Notes under the pieces: generated by a model | Databases searched by the model: none | What the model saw: the letters and a program-made list of their open reading frames with translations, nothing else | Told to the model about the DNA's origin: nothing | DNA from: Amoebophrya sp. A120 | Taxonomy: Eukaryota; Protista; Dinoflagellata | Direction of reading: 5' to 3' | Length of the DNA stretch: 64,000 bases | Assembly (NCBI GenBank): GCA_905178155.1 | Contig: CAJINV010000001.1 | Span: 14,157,265-14,221,264, forward strand | Part shown: positions 1 to 11,082 of the stretch, in pieces | Position numbering within the stretch: the stretch's first letter is position 1 | Layout: every line of letters starts with the position of its first letter | Made by a program: the position numbers and the translations under genes

Positions 1-1621
1 TAACTGTGTCAAAGCCACCTCTGCGCAAAGAACCGACGAAGTTGCACTTGTAGCAGAAAACTTTCGCTTCTTGATCCGCAGGCAGGAGTCGCTGATGATG
101 GCGGAACCGAACCGGTAGAAGAAAGTCCACCAGTGTGTCATGCAGCCACTTGTCCATCAACAACGCTTCTACGTGTCGCACCCGGATCATCTCTTTGGTC
201 CAGTGTTCGTCCTTGCCAGCAACCAGCAGCAGCGTATCCTCTCCCAGTTTTTGTAGATGCTCCTCCCACCAGGACTCGACTTTCTTTTCTGTTTCAGCAC
301 TCACGGCCCACTCCTTTTCCAACTCACCAAGTAGACGCTCCTGTTCTGGCGTCAACGAGGGCAGCAGCATCACGTCGTCCTCACTTTCCTGGTCGGAAAA
401 ATCCTGTTCCTGTTTGGCCGAGTCTTGCTCCGCTTCGTCCAACATCTGTTCGTCGTTTTCCGCCAGTAAGTTGTTTTCCACAGCAGGAGCTTTCGACAAG
501 CTGGCAGTCCTGCTTTTGTTCTGCTGAAGATCATGACCGGCGCCGAGAAACAAACCACTCTGCTCCTCGCGCATGGTGACGTCAAAGTTCTGGCTTTCCT
601 CCCCAAAAATTCTGCTACCCGGCTGCTCGTCATACAGCAGCGACGAACCGTAAAGGCTGCTCGAGGAGTGCGAGTGGGCGGGGGGTGCCTGTGGGGGCTC
701 CTCGTATGCAGCTCCGTAGGTGTTTGCGGCGGGGGACGATGAAGGAAGGAAATGCTGGGTGTTCAGCACACGATCTAGGTACTCCAACTCAGTGTCGTCA
801 CCGTTTTCGTGGTCTTCTTGTTGCACATTGGAATCCGGAAGAGGGTCAAGCGCCACGGGCTCCTTCGTGTCTGCGGGTTCGAGGAGAAGAACGTTATTTC
901 TAGAACTCGAGCTTGTTAGTGAAGAGACGGCTACATTTTTGCTTTCACCTTTCCCAACTCGTTCTCGTGGTAACAGTCGGGGGTGTCGTTGCACCGGTGC
1001 CGGTTGTGGGTCTGGAGGCCCTGTACGCCGAGCAGCACCGGGGCGCGCGAAATGCGTCGTATCGCCGTCGACGCCAGGGAGCGTAAATGTGAACAAATTA
1101 CTAGAATTGTTAGCTCCGTTGCCGTGGAGCTGCAGTGGTGTCTCGTCAATGTCGTTTTCCGCTCGTTGACGCGTTTCCTCCTGGTTCATCTTCGTGATTA
1201 TCGTTGGAGTGTAGTCTCTCTCGATCTGTCGGATGAGGTGGTTTTGGCAGTCGTTTCTGAATTGAGTCCGCTGCTCCGGGTCCATTTCTGCAAGCTGCTT
1301 CTCGCCGAACAGCCGTAACATGTTGTCGTCAACCTCTGCTTCGATGTGTTCGAGCACGATCCTGTCCTCTTCCTGCCTCAGCATCATCGTCGTTGGGTCG
1401 CGGGACCGGTGCTTATCTGCATACGCGCTCAAATCCTGCGAGTTCTGCATTGTTCCTGTTCGCCTGTTGCCGCTTAGAATGTCAAAAAAAGTGGCAGCAC
1501 ACTCGTCCCCGAAGTCGCGTCGATAAATTTGTTCGGCAAGAACCCAGGCCTTCGGCTCTTCCAGATCCAGCGTTCGGTTGCGCAAGTAGCTGGGTGCTCC
1601 TGCTCGGTCCCGTGTTGCCAT
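1..1621 (-). CDS. Ulp1/SENP-like SUMO protease (peptidase C48), 3' end outside window
   Basis: Not in the ORF track because it runs off the window. My translation from ATG 1621 (MATRDRAGAP...) is open to position 1 and ends ...HVEALLMDKWLHDTLVDFLL...KVFCYKCNFVGSLRRGGFDTV, which matches the C48 'WLNDEVINFY...FF...L...GY..V' segment. The catalytic His/Asp/Cys lie outside the window; upstream exons are possible. Confidence 0.65.
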   Translation of the reverse strand, partial: MATRDRAGAPSYLRNRTLDLEEPKAWVLAEQIYRRDFGDECAATFFDILSGNRRTGTMQNSQDLSAYADKHRSRDPTTMMLRQEEDRIVLEHIEAEVDDNMLRLFGEKQLAEMDPEQRTQFRNDCQNHLIRQIERDYTPTIITKMNQEETRQRAENDIDETPLQLHGNGANNSSNLFTFTLPGVDGDTTHFARPGAARRTGPPDPQPAPVQRHPRLLPRERVGKGESKNVAVSSLTSSSSRNNVLLLEPADTKEPVALDPLPDSNVQQEDHENGDDTELEYLDRVLNTQHFLPSSSPAANTYGAAYEEPPQAPPAHSHSSSSLYGSSLLYDEQPGSRIFGEESQNFDVTMREEQSGLFLGAGHDLQQNKSRTASLSKAPAVENNLLAENDEQMLDEAEQDSAKQEQDFSDQESEDDVMLLPSLTPEQERLLGELEKEWAVSAETEKKVESWWEEHLQKLGEDTLLLVAGKDEHWTKEMIRVRHVEALLMDKWLHDTLVDFLLPVRFRHHQRLLPADQEAKVFCYKCNFVGSLRRGGFDTV

Positions 1622-2963
1622 GCTGCAGTATCAGGAGAGATTGCACTGAGAATTATGTCGCTGCCCCGGGGTCCTCAAGGGCTGTGCGCCAAAAGATTTT
1701 GCCGACTCTGTTGTTGTCCGTCCTGATGACAAAGGCCGGAATTTTTGCGAGGCTCGATAGCGGAAACGTAAAGCGAATGAGCAGGAAGATGTTGTAGGTT
1801 AGAGCCGTCGCGGTGATGAATCCTCACTTGCTCTGGTGCCCAGGAGAAGCGGGCTCGGTGATTTGTGCTTAATGCGCTACCTCCGTCATCATGAAGGAAA
1901 ATCAAACTATCAGTCGTGGTGCTTTAGTTGCTCTATTGTCAGAGGGTGAAAAGGAAAAACATAAGGTCTCACGTTCCATCTTAGTCGTACTCACATGTTG
2001 GCGTCAGTTAGGTTGCTGAATCTGACAGATTGCTGTTGAAGGTGGTTACTCAACTATATCTTCAAAGGACCTTCCTATTTACGAATCTATTTTACGAATT
2101 TCATTTGTTTTCATTGGATTTGGAAAGACTCAGATTCGTAACTTACTAGCCTGAAAAATGAACGAAAAGAAAGGACTAGAATGTGAGTGAAGTAAACTGA
2201 AAGTGAATTTGCCTGCTGAACAAAACTTGAATGCAGGACAAGACCCTACAAATACAGCAGGCCTCAACTTGTACTTGATCGAGATCAGTAGCGGTTCAAA
2301 TTTGAACGAGGAAATCAGTCGCAGAGTCTTGCGCGAGTCGCCATCTTTGTACTCGCTGCGGCCTCATCAGCATTATGTACAAGCTGGCGCTTTCTTACCA
2401 GCTTATCAATCACCAGAAGCGGAACAACTCAGGGCTGTTTATCGGCGATAGTTTTGTCGACTTCAGCTGGATTTCTTTTGCACTCAACGTTCACGACTGC
2501 TACTTCTTTTCTCTTTTTCTGTACAACTACAAACACGTCGTGCGTAGTTATTTGAATGATGTTGATACTTTCGCCAACTTGATGATGCGCTTCAACATGT
2601 CGAAACCATCAAAAGATCTACACGAATGAAATAACTGTTGCTCGTCCCACATCACATACATATATCTTACAGCATCGACTTTGTGCTTGCAGCCCTTGTG
2701 CTCGGTTTTGATGCTGTCTGTGTGGTCTTGTAAGCGTTTCTGAATCCAATGGATCAGATGAGGGACACGGACAAGACTTTATCTTTCACATGAAACTACT
2801 ACATGCGATGTACAGGTGACTCTCACATTTTACATTTTTGTCTGAAACTAAAACGAAGACTAATATGTTTTGATATGTACTAGCGCCTCCACGTGAAGGT
2901 GACGGCAGTTTTTTCCTCTCTTGACACGACGACTGAGTTTGTTCTTCAATTTTCAGTTTCAGC

Positions 2964-5459
2964 TTATTCCTCCAGGGGCGGTTCGCAGTCCACAAGTTCC
3001 AGGCCGTCCACGAGGCGCACAGCTCCAATCTCCATTGCTGCTTCCCCTTCGGACATGTTCGGTGTGGCGACCAGCGACACCGTGAGTGTGATGTTTTTGC
3101 TGTCCAGCAAGGCGTCCGTCAGATAGGCGTGGAGGACATTCCAATCTTCGCCACAAAGCTGTGCAAATTTGACCGCACTGCCGCCGTGCCCCTGGATCCG
3201 GAGCAGGAGTGGTGGTGGAATGTTTAGTGAAACAAGAGCTGGCGGTTGTTGATTTTCATCAACATCGGCTGCTGCGAGTGATGATGCTGACACGGCGCCG
3301 CTTCGTGTCGTCGTTGCAAGCAATTCCGTGCGGCTTGCTTCGACGTCGACAATGTGCAAGGGGCCCTTGCCGGCAACCTCGAGGAAATAGGACCACTTGA
3401 ACAACCTGGGCAGAAGGTTTTTCTTTTTTTCTCCTTTCTGCGGGACAGCGCTCGCTAGGAACGCAATCTGCACAACGACTACGACGATTGCAAACATTGC
3501 GGATTTTTCGGAAAATCAAATACAGAAAAGGCACATTTCATCATCATTCGATTTTCTTTACTTAATACCTCTGCACCCCTTCGAAATCGGTTTCCCCGGG
3601 TTGTGTTTTCAGGCTGCGGAAAAACTTGACAATCGTAGCCCAGGGACAGCCTGGCGCGACCACGCTACTCGGCGGGGCAGTCGGCGACGTGTGCAAGCCC
3701 GCCTGGAGGTTGTGAATCATGGACGGTGACTGCGCGCCGGGATTGTTGCGCGTCTTGCTCGCCAACAGGCTGGAAGAGGGGCCGCCAGGCGTCAGTAATG
3801 TTGGTGCTGTTCCTGCAGTGGAACCGATTGCCGAGGCCGTCTCTCCAGACGACGGACCCGCTACAACAATATTGATTGTATTTTTTGTCGTCGTTGACAC
3901 TTCTTCTTGACCTACTACACCTTGTTTCTTTTCCCGCGGGGATAGAAACACAGCGCCATCCCGATCAGAGCTCGCGGCACTGGCACTTGACCCTCTCGCA
4001 TCGGCACCCAGGCCCTTTCCTTCCGCTGGTGTAGGTTCTTTCTGCAGTTGTACCTTTTCGTTTTCCTCTTCACCACTGAACGCCCCCAACAGGTCGTCGT
4101 AGTTGTCGTTTTCCCGATGGATGCCATCGTACCAGAGCTGGAGCAGAGCGCGCAGCCCGCAAATCATAGGATCGTCCTCGCTGGACACGGTGCGGGGGAA
4201 GACAAATTCAAAATCCAACACCTCCGCCATATCGACTTTCAATTTCCGCACGACCGTCGCGAACCGCGTTTCCAAACGCCCCCAGCGGGCACGGAGGTCG
4301 AGAATTCTCGCTTCCAGCTTTTTCAGTGTAGAGGTTCGTTTTTGTCTCTCCGCGTGTTCGCGTTTTCGTTGGTCAGCTTTTTTCAGCACTTCAACGTCCA
4401 AAGCGCCTCGATCCGTCTCGATGGTTCTCCGCAACAGGGCCCACACATCGGAAAACGTCATCATTTTCTGGAACAGTTGGCCTTCATCTTGCTGGTCAAG
4501 AATGTTGCCGCGTTGATCCACTTGCACCCCAGAAGCTGATGAACCGGGTTCCGCCGATGTCCGTGCCGACTCTTCGGGGTGCAGAACAGCAGTTCCGGGA
4601 GGTGGAGATGTTGACGACGACGCGCGCAAAGTGGGTCCGGAAATTTCGTGGAAGTGTGATTGCAACTGCCCCTCCAGAAACCATTCCTGATCGACAAATT
4701 CCAGAAAGCGTGCTACGTCACTCTCAAGCAAAACTGGATTGGTTTTGGAAAACAGCAAGGAAGCCGGGGCCATCGGATCGCGGCCCACCTCCTGTTTCGC
4801 AAATTTGTGGAACAGTTCCTCCAGTAGGTGCTTGCGCCGCAAGAAGGCACGACGGCTGCGCTCCAGCTCCGCGCAGCGGCGCAATGTGGCCAGGCAATTC
4901 TGGCGCACGGGGTCCCGGAAGGCGCGTGATGCGTTACGCGGATGGTTTCGGGCGAGGTACTGCCCTAACCATTTTATCGGATTCCAATCCTGAGTATCGC
5001 CGCAATCGCTCCGGAAGGCGAGTTTCCGCCCAAGCTCGTCCAGACCTGCAGTTCACGTGGATGGAAAATAACTAAATTAATGCGTAGTGATTCTTGTTGA
5101 CGTTGGGGTTCACACTGACAGCAGCTCCACTCTCGACGTGCGCCGATGCCGCTGCCGTTCTACTTTCATCTATCGTGCACGACAAAACCAAACGACGAAC
5201 TGGTGCACTGGGCTTCGCTACAGATACAGTGCCAGTAGGATCTAGCTACTTACACAGATACAAAACGTTGTGATCGATGTTGACACGACAACGACTCACC
5301 TTCGAGTAGCACAGGCCATACGTCGTTTTGCACGAGGTAAAGGTCGTAGTCGTCGAGCTTCTTGGTGCCACAGCGCCGGTCGGTCAATTCTGCGAACAAG
5401 GCACGCAAGCCAGCGTCGCTTAGAAAATCCGGGACGCGACAGTCAGCGCGGTTGCTCAT
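2964..5459 (-). CDS. Hypothetical protein with N-terminal Dpy-30/RIIa-like dimerisation-docking motif and coiled coil (3 exons)
   Basis: GT-AG introns 5046-5299 and 3406-3568 join ORFs 5250..5459, 3562..4908 and 2964..3497 in frame. The joined N-terminus YLVQNDVWPVLLEGLDEL...NPIKWLGQYLARNHP resembles a D/D motif. Confidence 0.6.
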
Positions 5460-5906
5460 CTTCTTCGTGTCTATGAGGAAGAAGTTCTGTTGTTCTTCCT
5501 TGCGTATGATTCTTGTAGCGAACTTCTGGTCTTGAACAATTATAGGACAGAGACATCAAAGACTATCCCCGTTTCTGGTGCGTCTATGACATCCATGACA
5601 GTGACCAACAAACGCACGACAAAAAAAGGTCAACACGAACACCAGCCCCAAAGGCGAATAGAAGTACGGGAAGATGATCGAGGCCAATGTTTCTCGAGGG
5701 TTCGGCGCTCAATGCGACACCATCGTAGCAGTTGTATGATGCTTCCTTCACACCTTTCTTCAAGTCTACTGTCATTTCTTTTTTCTTACCTGCCAACGTT
5801 CTATCGTACAAAATTATCGGAAGTATCGATGCGATGCGGATCGATAGGAATTATAATACGGCTCATGATCGCAGCCAAAAAATGTTCAGCAAGCTTCGTC
5901 CACGTT

Positions 5907-7945
5907 CTACCTTGCAATTTTCAAGAGTCGGCACATCTCACCGCAGCGGTGCGAGTCGAAAAATTCTTTCATGCCTTGGGCTTTTCTGTCCGCTCTACCG
6001 TACTTGCCATCTAGGGAGTGCAACTGCGGATCGGTGAAGCCCTCGTGAGTTCCTTGGATGTCGACTACCATCTCTGTCCCATTCGTGTGAACGGACGTCC
6101 AATGGGAGAAAGCTTGGGCCAAGCGGGCAGCAAAACCTGTGTGAAAATTGTAGTCGATCGCGTCGTAGGAAAAAAAAAAGTAAATACAACGGGGCGGAAC
6201 GACGAGTTCTATGTTGATCATAGCTGGGGCTAGGGGCTAGCACAGTTCATGGGAATGCCAAACGAGCAAACTACAAGGACCAAGTGCAACACTGAAACGA
6301 TGAAAACCTGCAGCGTCTCCCCGGTCTTTTACTTCCTGGCACACCCATCCGTTGTTGCCGTTGTATTTTCTGTAGTCGCCTTCGAGTTCCGGCTCCGCTG
6401 CCAAGTACCGAAAGCCTCCTTTCACCTTGCTGTCCTTCAACCGATAAACGTGCATGGGCACAAACTGGAAGTTGGAATGGATTTGCAGTTCCTGCAGCAG
6501 CTGTGCGCTTGCGCCTCCAAACATGGCAGCCGTCCGGAGGGCTTTTTTGAAGTCGGTCGACAACACAATCGCGCGGCCTTGGCACTTCGACGTCTCTGCA
6601 TGAAATCGAAGGCGTTCGGCGTACTCGCCCTCGTGCCTGGACTCCTTGGCGACCTGATGATATCGAAGTGGAACTCTTTTTTCATAGAAAACTGTTTCAT
6701 CTTCTTCAAGTTCACCATCTGCATACAAAAAATTGATACCATGTGAATCGCTCCACCGTTCGGCTGCACTACTCGCATCTTGTACACGTTCCGGATACCG
6801 CCCTGGGCGAAGGGGTTGTCGCGAAGAATCACCGTTTTTGCCACTTCCTGTGTCAGTGGAACTGGCTTGAACTCCTCACTGTCGGCGTTCTTTAGCACCA
6901 TTCGCCGCACGTCGGAAAATTTCTGCTCGCCCTCGCCAGCTTCAGAGTTTGATGTAGACGAGGACTGTGCCCGCGCGCTGCTGGCAGAGTTCCTGCCCTC
7001 CAGCTGGACCGCTCGCTCCCGCCCGAGACCGGGATTCGGGGCGTCACTGCGGAAGCACGTAAGTGCCGTACTGATGTTGAAGAACGTCGAGCGCATACCG
7101 GTGGACTGCGTAGCAGCGGACGCTGTGAACAGCGCCGACGGTTGCGGAGCCGCTGGCTGCTGCGCGGCTATCTCATCCATTTGCAAAGTGCTTTCGTGGA
7201 AGGTGCCATCGAATTTCCACGCGAGATATCGCAGCCAGGGAAACCCCTCCGGGTAGATGCCGACGAAATGCAGCTGCAGCTTGTCTTCCCCGACGTAGTT
7301 TTGCAAATCGGCTAGCTCGGTGCCGACGGAAGGGTATTCTTTCCCGTGCGAGCGGTGGTGGGTTTGCATCTTCGGCGCACTTGCATGCATCGCTGGGGGC
7401 GTTACCTGCAAATCACCGGGACGGCCGTCGCTCAAAAACAACAGCAGCACTTTCTCGTTGAAATGTTGCGGCTTCGTCCCCCCTGAGAGGACTTCTCGGG
7501 CTTTCCGAATCCCGGCCGCGAACGTGGTGCCACCACGAGGTTGGTTCGCGCTCGCCGCATTTCGCAGGCGCGTTGCCACGCCGGATTCCTGTCGCTGAAA
7601 CACAACTGTTGCTTCCTCCTGCCACAGAATCAGTGAGTAGTACAGCGACCCGGGCGAGTTGTTGAAAAGGCCCAAGTTCCGGTCTGCTTTCTCCTGCTCT
7701 TCGACAAACTCCTGCGCACAATTGAAAACCGCCTTCCACCGGGTAATTTGTTGACCCGTTGTTCCAACACTCTTTCCGACGGCTACATCGGTTTGCCGCA
7801 TGGACCCGGACTGATCGATGCAGAAAATAACATGACAGGACTTTTGCGAACTATTGCCCTCATGCTTGAGTCGTTTGGCTGCAGGAGCACCGGACGGCGG
7901 AAAGTCGGTGCCACGTTTGAGTGGAAAATTGGAGGAAAGCGACAT
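5907..7945 (-). CDS. vWA-domain alpha-kinase (eEF2K/MHCK family, VwkA-like architecture)
   Basis: vWA MIDAS motifs IDQSGSM, GGTTF and LFLSDG; alpha-kinase motifs PFAQGGIRNVY, VAKE, YRKYNGNNG, QAFSHWT, VVDIQG, TDPQLHS and FFDSHRCGEMC. GT-AG introns 6654-6739 and 6137-6307 restore the frame. Confidence 0.9.
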
Positions 7946-8854
7946 CGTTGGTTATCTTGTGTCTTTTTCGTGAAAACCTAAGATGCTTGCCGCTATGAGT
8001 CCGTACATCTAGTACAGCCAACGCACACGTCGCATTTTTTCTTTTTCTAAATTATTGGTTCGTTTCGTTACCTTCAAGAAAAAGAATGGCCAGCCCCGCC
8101 CATAATGTTTGAAAGTGTAGTGTTGATGGTGCCTGCGAAGATGAACATGAAGATCAGAAGAGAAATACAAAAGGAAAACGAAAATTGGCGATTGGATTGT
8201 TAAGATTCTGTCTGGTTGCACAAGAAAAGGAATCTTATCTCTCCGACAGGAAAGATAAGTTCCATCGTCACCCAACAGAATGCTGTGGTCTTTTTCAATA
8301 AAACTTTGTCAATGGTGCACAATGAACTTGAGAGCTTGCAGTTGCAGACGCACCTTTCCGCCCACTCAACAAACAAAGGAAGCGACCTTGCGCGACATTT
8401 GTGGACCAACACGACTTGTTTGCCTGTTATCCTGCACATTAACAGGTGAATCACGCCTTTGAAACACCACCGAAGTGGCGGAAACTTCTGTTCCCGAGGG
8501 AAGCGCGAAGTAGTTATTAGCGGCCTGCAACCCATGTCTCAGGGTGGACGGCCAAGCGTCCGCTAGTATGTTTCAGTGTACTATATTATTGGATGGTGAC
8601 CACGCTGAGTTCGCTATCGTTTTTGATTTCGTATTGAAATTTATTGCTCTTGTGCTTGGATGAGGGACCAACCAGTTATATTTGGAGACAATGCCACTGT
8701 CTGTTTCTGCCTCGAAGTGTAGCTTTCGCGGATAATACAGAGAGGAGTTATAGTACGGTTCCTCGTCGACCTTGCTGCAATTGACGACTTCGATTCGATA
8801 CTGCTTGTCAACCTTGCACGGGAACTCATCATTTTCTGTAGATCCCTATGATCT

Positions 8855-9991
8855 TCACGGCTTGGAATATTTCACTTTGTTCTCACAGTGTTGGACCCAC
8901 CAAGCATCATTGTCTGGCTCGAGCTCGTAGAAACCGAAGTACGGCTGCGTATCCCGAGGCCCGGGCTGGATGTGATTCCGTCCAAAACGGGTCAGCTTCG
9001 ACTGGCCTGGAGTAGGGGCACCTACCCAAGCTTCGACACCCCACTCCCCGCAAGAGTCAATGATGCAATCCTTGGCAATGACTTCCGGAATGTCTTTTTC
9101 CTCCGATACCGACATGCCATAGCGTCGGACCTCGGTAATCATGCACTTGTGAAACGTGCAAGCCGGGCAGTCTACCTGCACTCCATCGGTACCTCCCCGA
9201 ATGGTGCACTCATGTAGCAGCACAGTGCACAAGTAGGGGGAGCAGCCTTGGCGACGGTACTCTTCCTGGGACGTTTTGTTGAGATGCAGCGCGTCCGGAA
9301 CGCACTCGCCTTGGTTTGCCGAACAGTTAATCGTGACGTTTTGCAGGGTGCACTGTTTCAATTCCGACCCCAGGATCTCCACACTTCCCAAAAGGCGGAT
9401 ATCTGCAATTGTGAGGCGTCCAACGCCCTCCGTCTCGCCCAAAAAGCGAAACTTGGAAAAATGTAGCTTGGTTTCTTCTTGGGAAATTCCGCGCAGAGTG
9501 ATGGCGTGTGTCACGACCAAGCAACTCTCCCCGTCAACACAGACCGGCTGCTCATGCAGATCTCCCTGACCACCTCCGCCACTTTCTCCAGCGTCAGACG
9601 CCTCGTCATCCGAATCCTTCCCGGACGCAGCAGGGGGAGAGCCATCCACCGTGAAGTCACCTTTGGGTAGCGACAGTGCCATGTTCGGCGGGCAATTGTC
9701 CACCCACTTCTGAACTTCCTCGAGCGTGAACTGCACCGGACCCAGAGAAGACAGGTTCGCTTCCTTGACCTTGAGCGCGGTAGCGCGGGGTCCTGCGGCG
9801 GAATACAGACGATCGCACACGTAACGCCCTGCATCGGAGTCGAAGCAGCGAATAATGACTAGTGTTCCATTCAACGCATTTGCCGCCTTCAGACCCTGAA
9901 GCTCGCAAATGGTATTGGTGCAGTAGCTCGTCGCACCAGCAGTGTCCTCACTAGGGCCAATGAGAGCGGCCTCCCCTCCTGATTGCACCAT
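8855..9991 (-). CDS. Right-handed beta-helix (pectin-lyase-like) protein; paralog of the C-terminal part of the neighbouring RING gene
   Basis: Single ORF, likely start MVQSGG at 9991. A small 'GLKAANALNG...FD...GRYVC...LKVKEANL' domain is followed by beta-helix-like repeats (HECTIRGGTDGVQVD, KDCIIDSCGEWGV). Clear similarity to 11180-12080. Confidence 0.7.
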   Translation of the reverse strand: MVQSGGEAALIGPSEDTAGATSYCTNTICELQGLKAANALNGTLVIIRCFDSDAGRYVCDRLYSAAGPRATALKVKEANLSSLGPVQFTLEEVQKWVDNCPPNMALSLPKGDFTVDGSPPAASGKDSDDEASDAGESGGGGQGDLHEQPVCVDGESCLVVTHAITLRGISQEETKLHFSKFRFLGETEGVGRLTIADIRLLGSVEILGSELKQCTLQNVTINCSANQGECVPDALHLNKTSQEEYRRQGCSPYLCTVLLHECTIRGGTDGVQVDCPACTFHKCMITEVRRYGMSVSEEKDIPEVIAKDCIIDSCGEWGVEAWVGAPTPGQSKLTRFGRNHIQPGPRDTQPYFGFYELEPDNDAWWVQHCENKVKYSKP

Positions 9992-11082
9992 TTTCGATAT
10001 CCTCGCAGGTTTGATTTGGGTGTGTTTCCGCTTGCTTCCGCTTGGCGGTCTGAAAAATGTTTTTCCTGAAAAAAGAAAAAGTAAAAAAAGAGGAACTACT
10101 TCGCCTCTACCACTATTCTTTACGCAATACGAGACGCAATTTGTTTCTGGAACAGGTTCGTTTTTCCTTTCTTTCGGCAGGGTAGCCCTAAAAATTCGAA
10201 TCACTTCTCTTCGCTGAAAAAATGCTCCTGCAAGGATCTACGTGTTTCTTTTCCCCTGAAGAAGCAACCTGATGATTTTGATTGCAGATGCAGAGATTTA
10301 TTCCCACATACAACTCCTGCGGACCTACCGCATAAGCTAACCAGCTCGAAACGGAATCGGAAATATCGAGAAGAGGATCACGGAAAAAGATGGCAAGCAA
10401 AGACCTGGGAACTGGCTTGCTCAGGTCCGCGAAGTGGACCATGTTGACCATGTTGCTCACATAATGATCTGCGTTGTGGACAAGATCGCCTTCGCCTACT
10501 CTTCTTCACATAATGATCGTTCCGAAGGTAGTGATCTTCAGACGGAAGGCAGCTAAAGCGACTTTCATTCAGTCGATCAATGGCCTTCCTTAGGCACTTC
10601 TATTGCTGTTGCTGCTAGAGCCACAAGTAAGACTTTTAACTTTGAACAAAAATGACGTGACTTGCACAGGACGGAATAAAAACCGAACTCAAGAACTGAG
10701 CAATGCGCTTCGTGTCCCTTCTAACCCAGAATTGTGAGACTCTCAGAGGCAGAACTGCGAGAAATTTCGCATTTCAGGCGGATTAGGAACTTTTGAGATC
10801 ATGAGCATCCATTGTTATTCTTTGTTCTTGAGGAGATCGAGATCGCTGCACCCAGTCCTGCAATAGCAGTGTTTAGTGTCAGATGCACTCCCTCGGCTTG
10901 ACACGTTCGGTGGCAATGTTTTATTTTGCTCGATCACGAACTACTGACACTTTGACTTCCGTCTGTTAGTTGGAGATTTACTGAGGGAAGGATCGAAAAA
11001 AGCAGCACAAACACAGCCATCGATGACTTTACCAATAGGATTTGCCTCTATTAACTTCATGCTTTTGAATCTACTCCGCACA

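Noticed and set aside
1900-2960. Short ORFs in this and other spacers (27700-28800, 32000-33300, 56300-57400, 59000-60400)
   Set aside because: No homology cues or consistent exon chains; most likely UTR or intergenic sequence, though small exons cannot be excluded.
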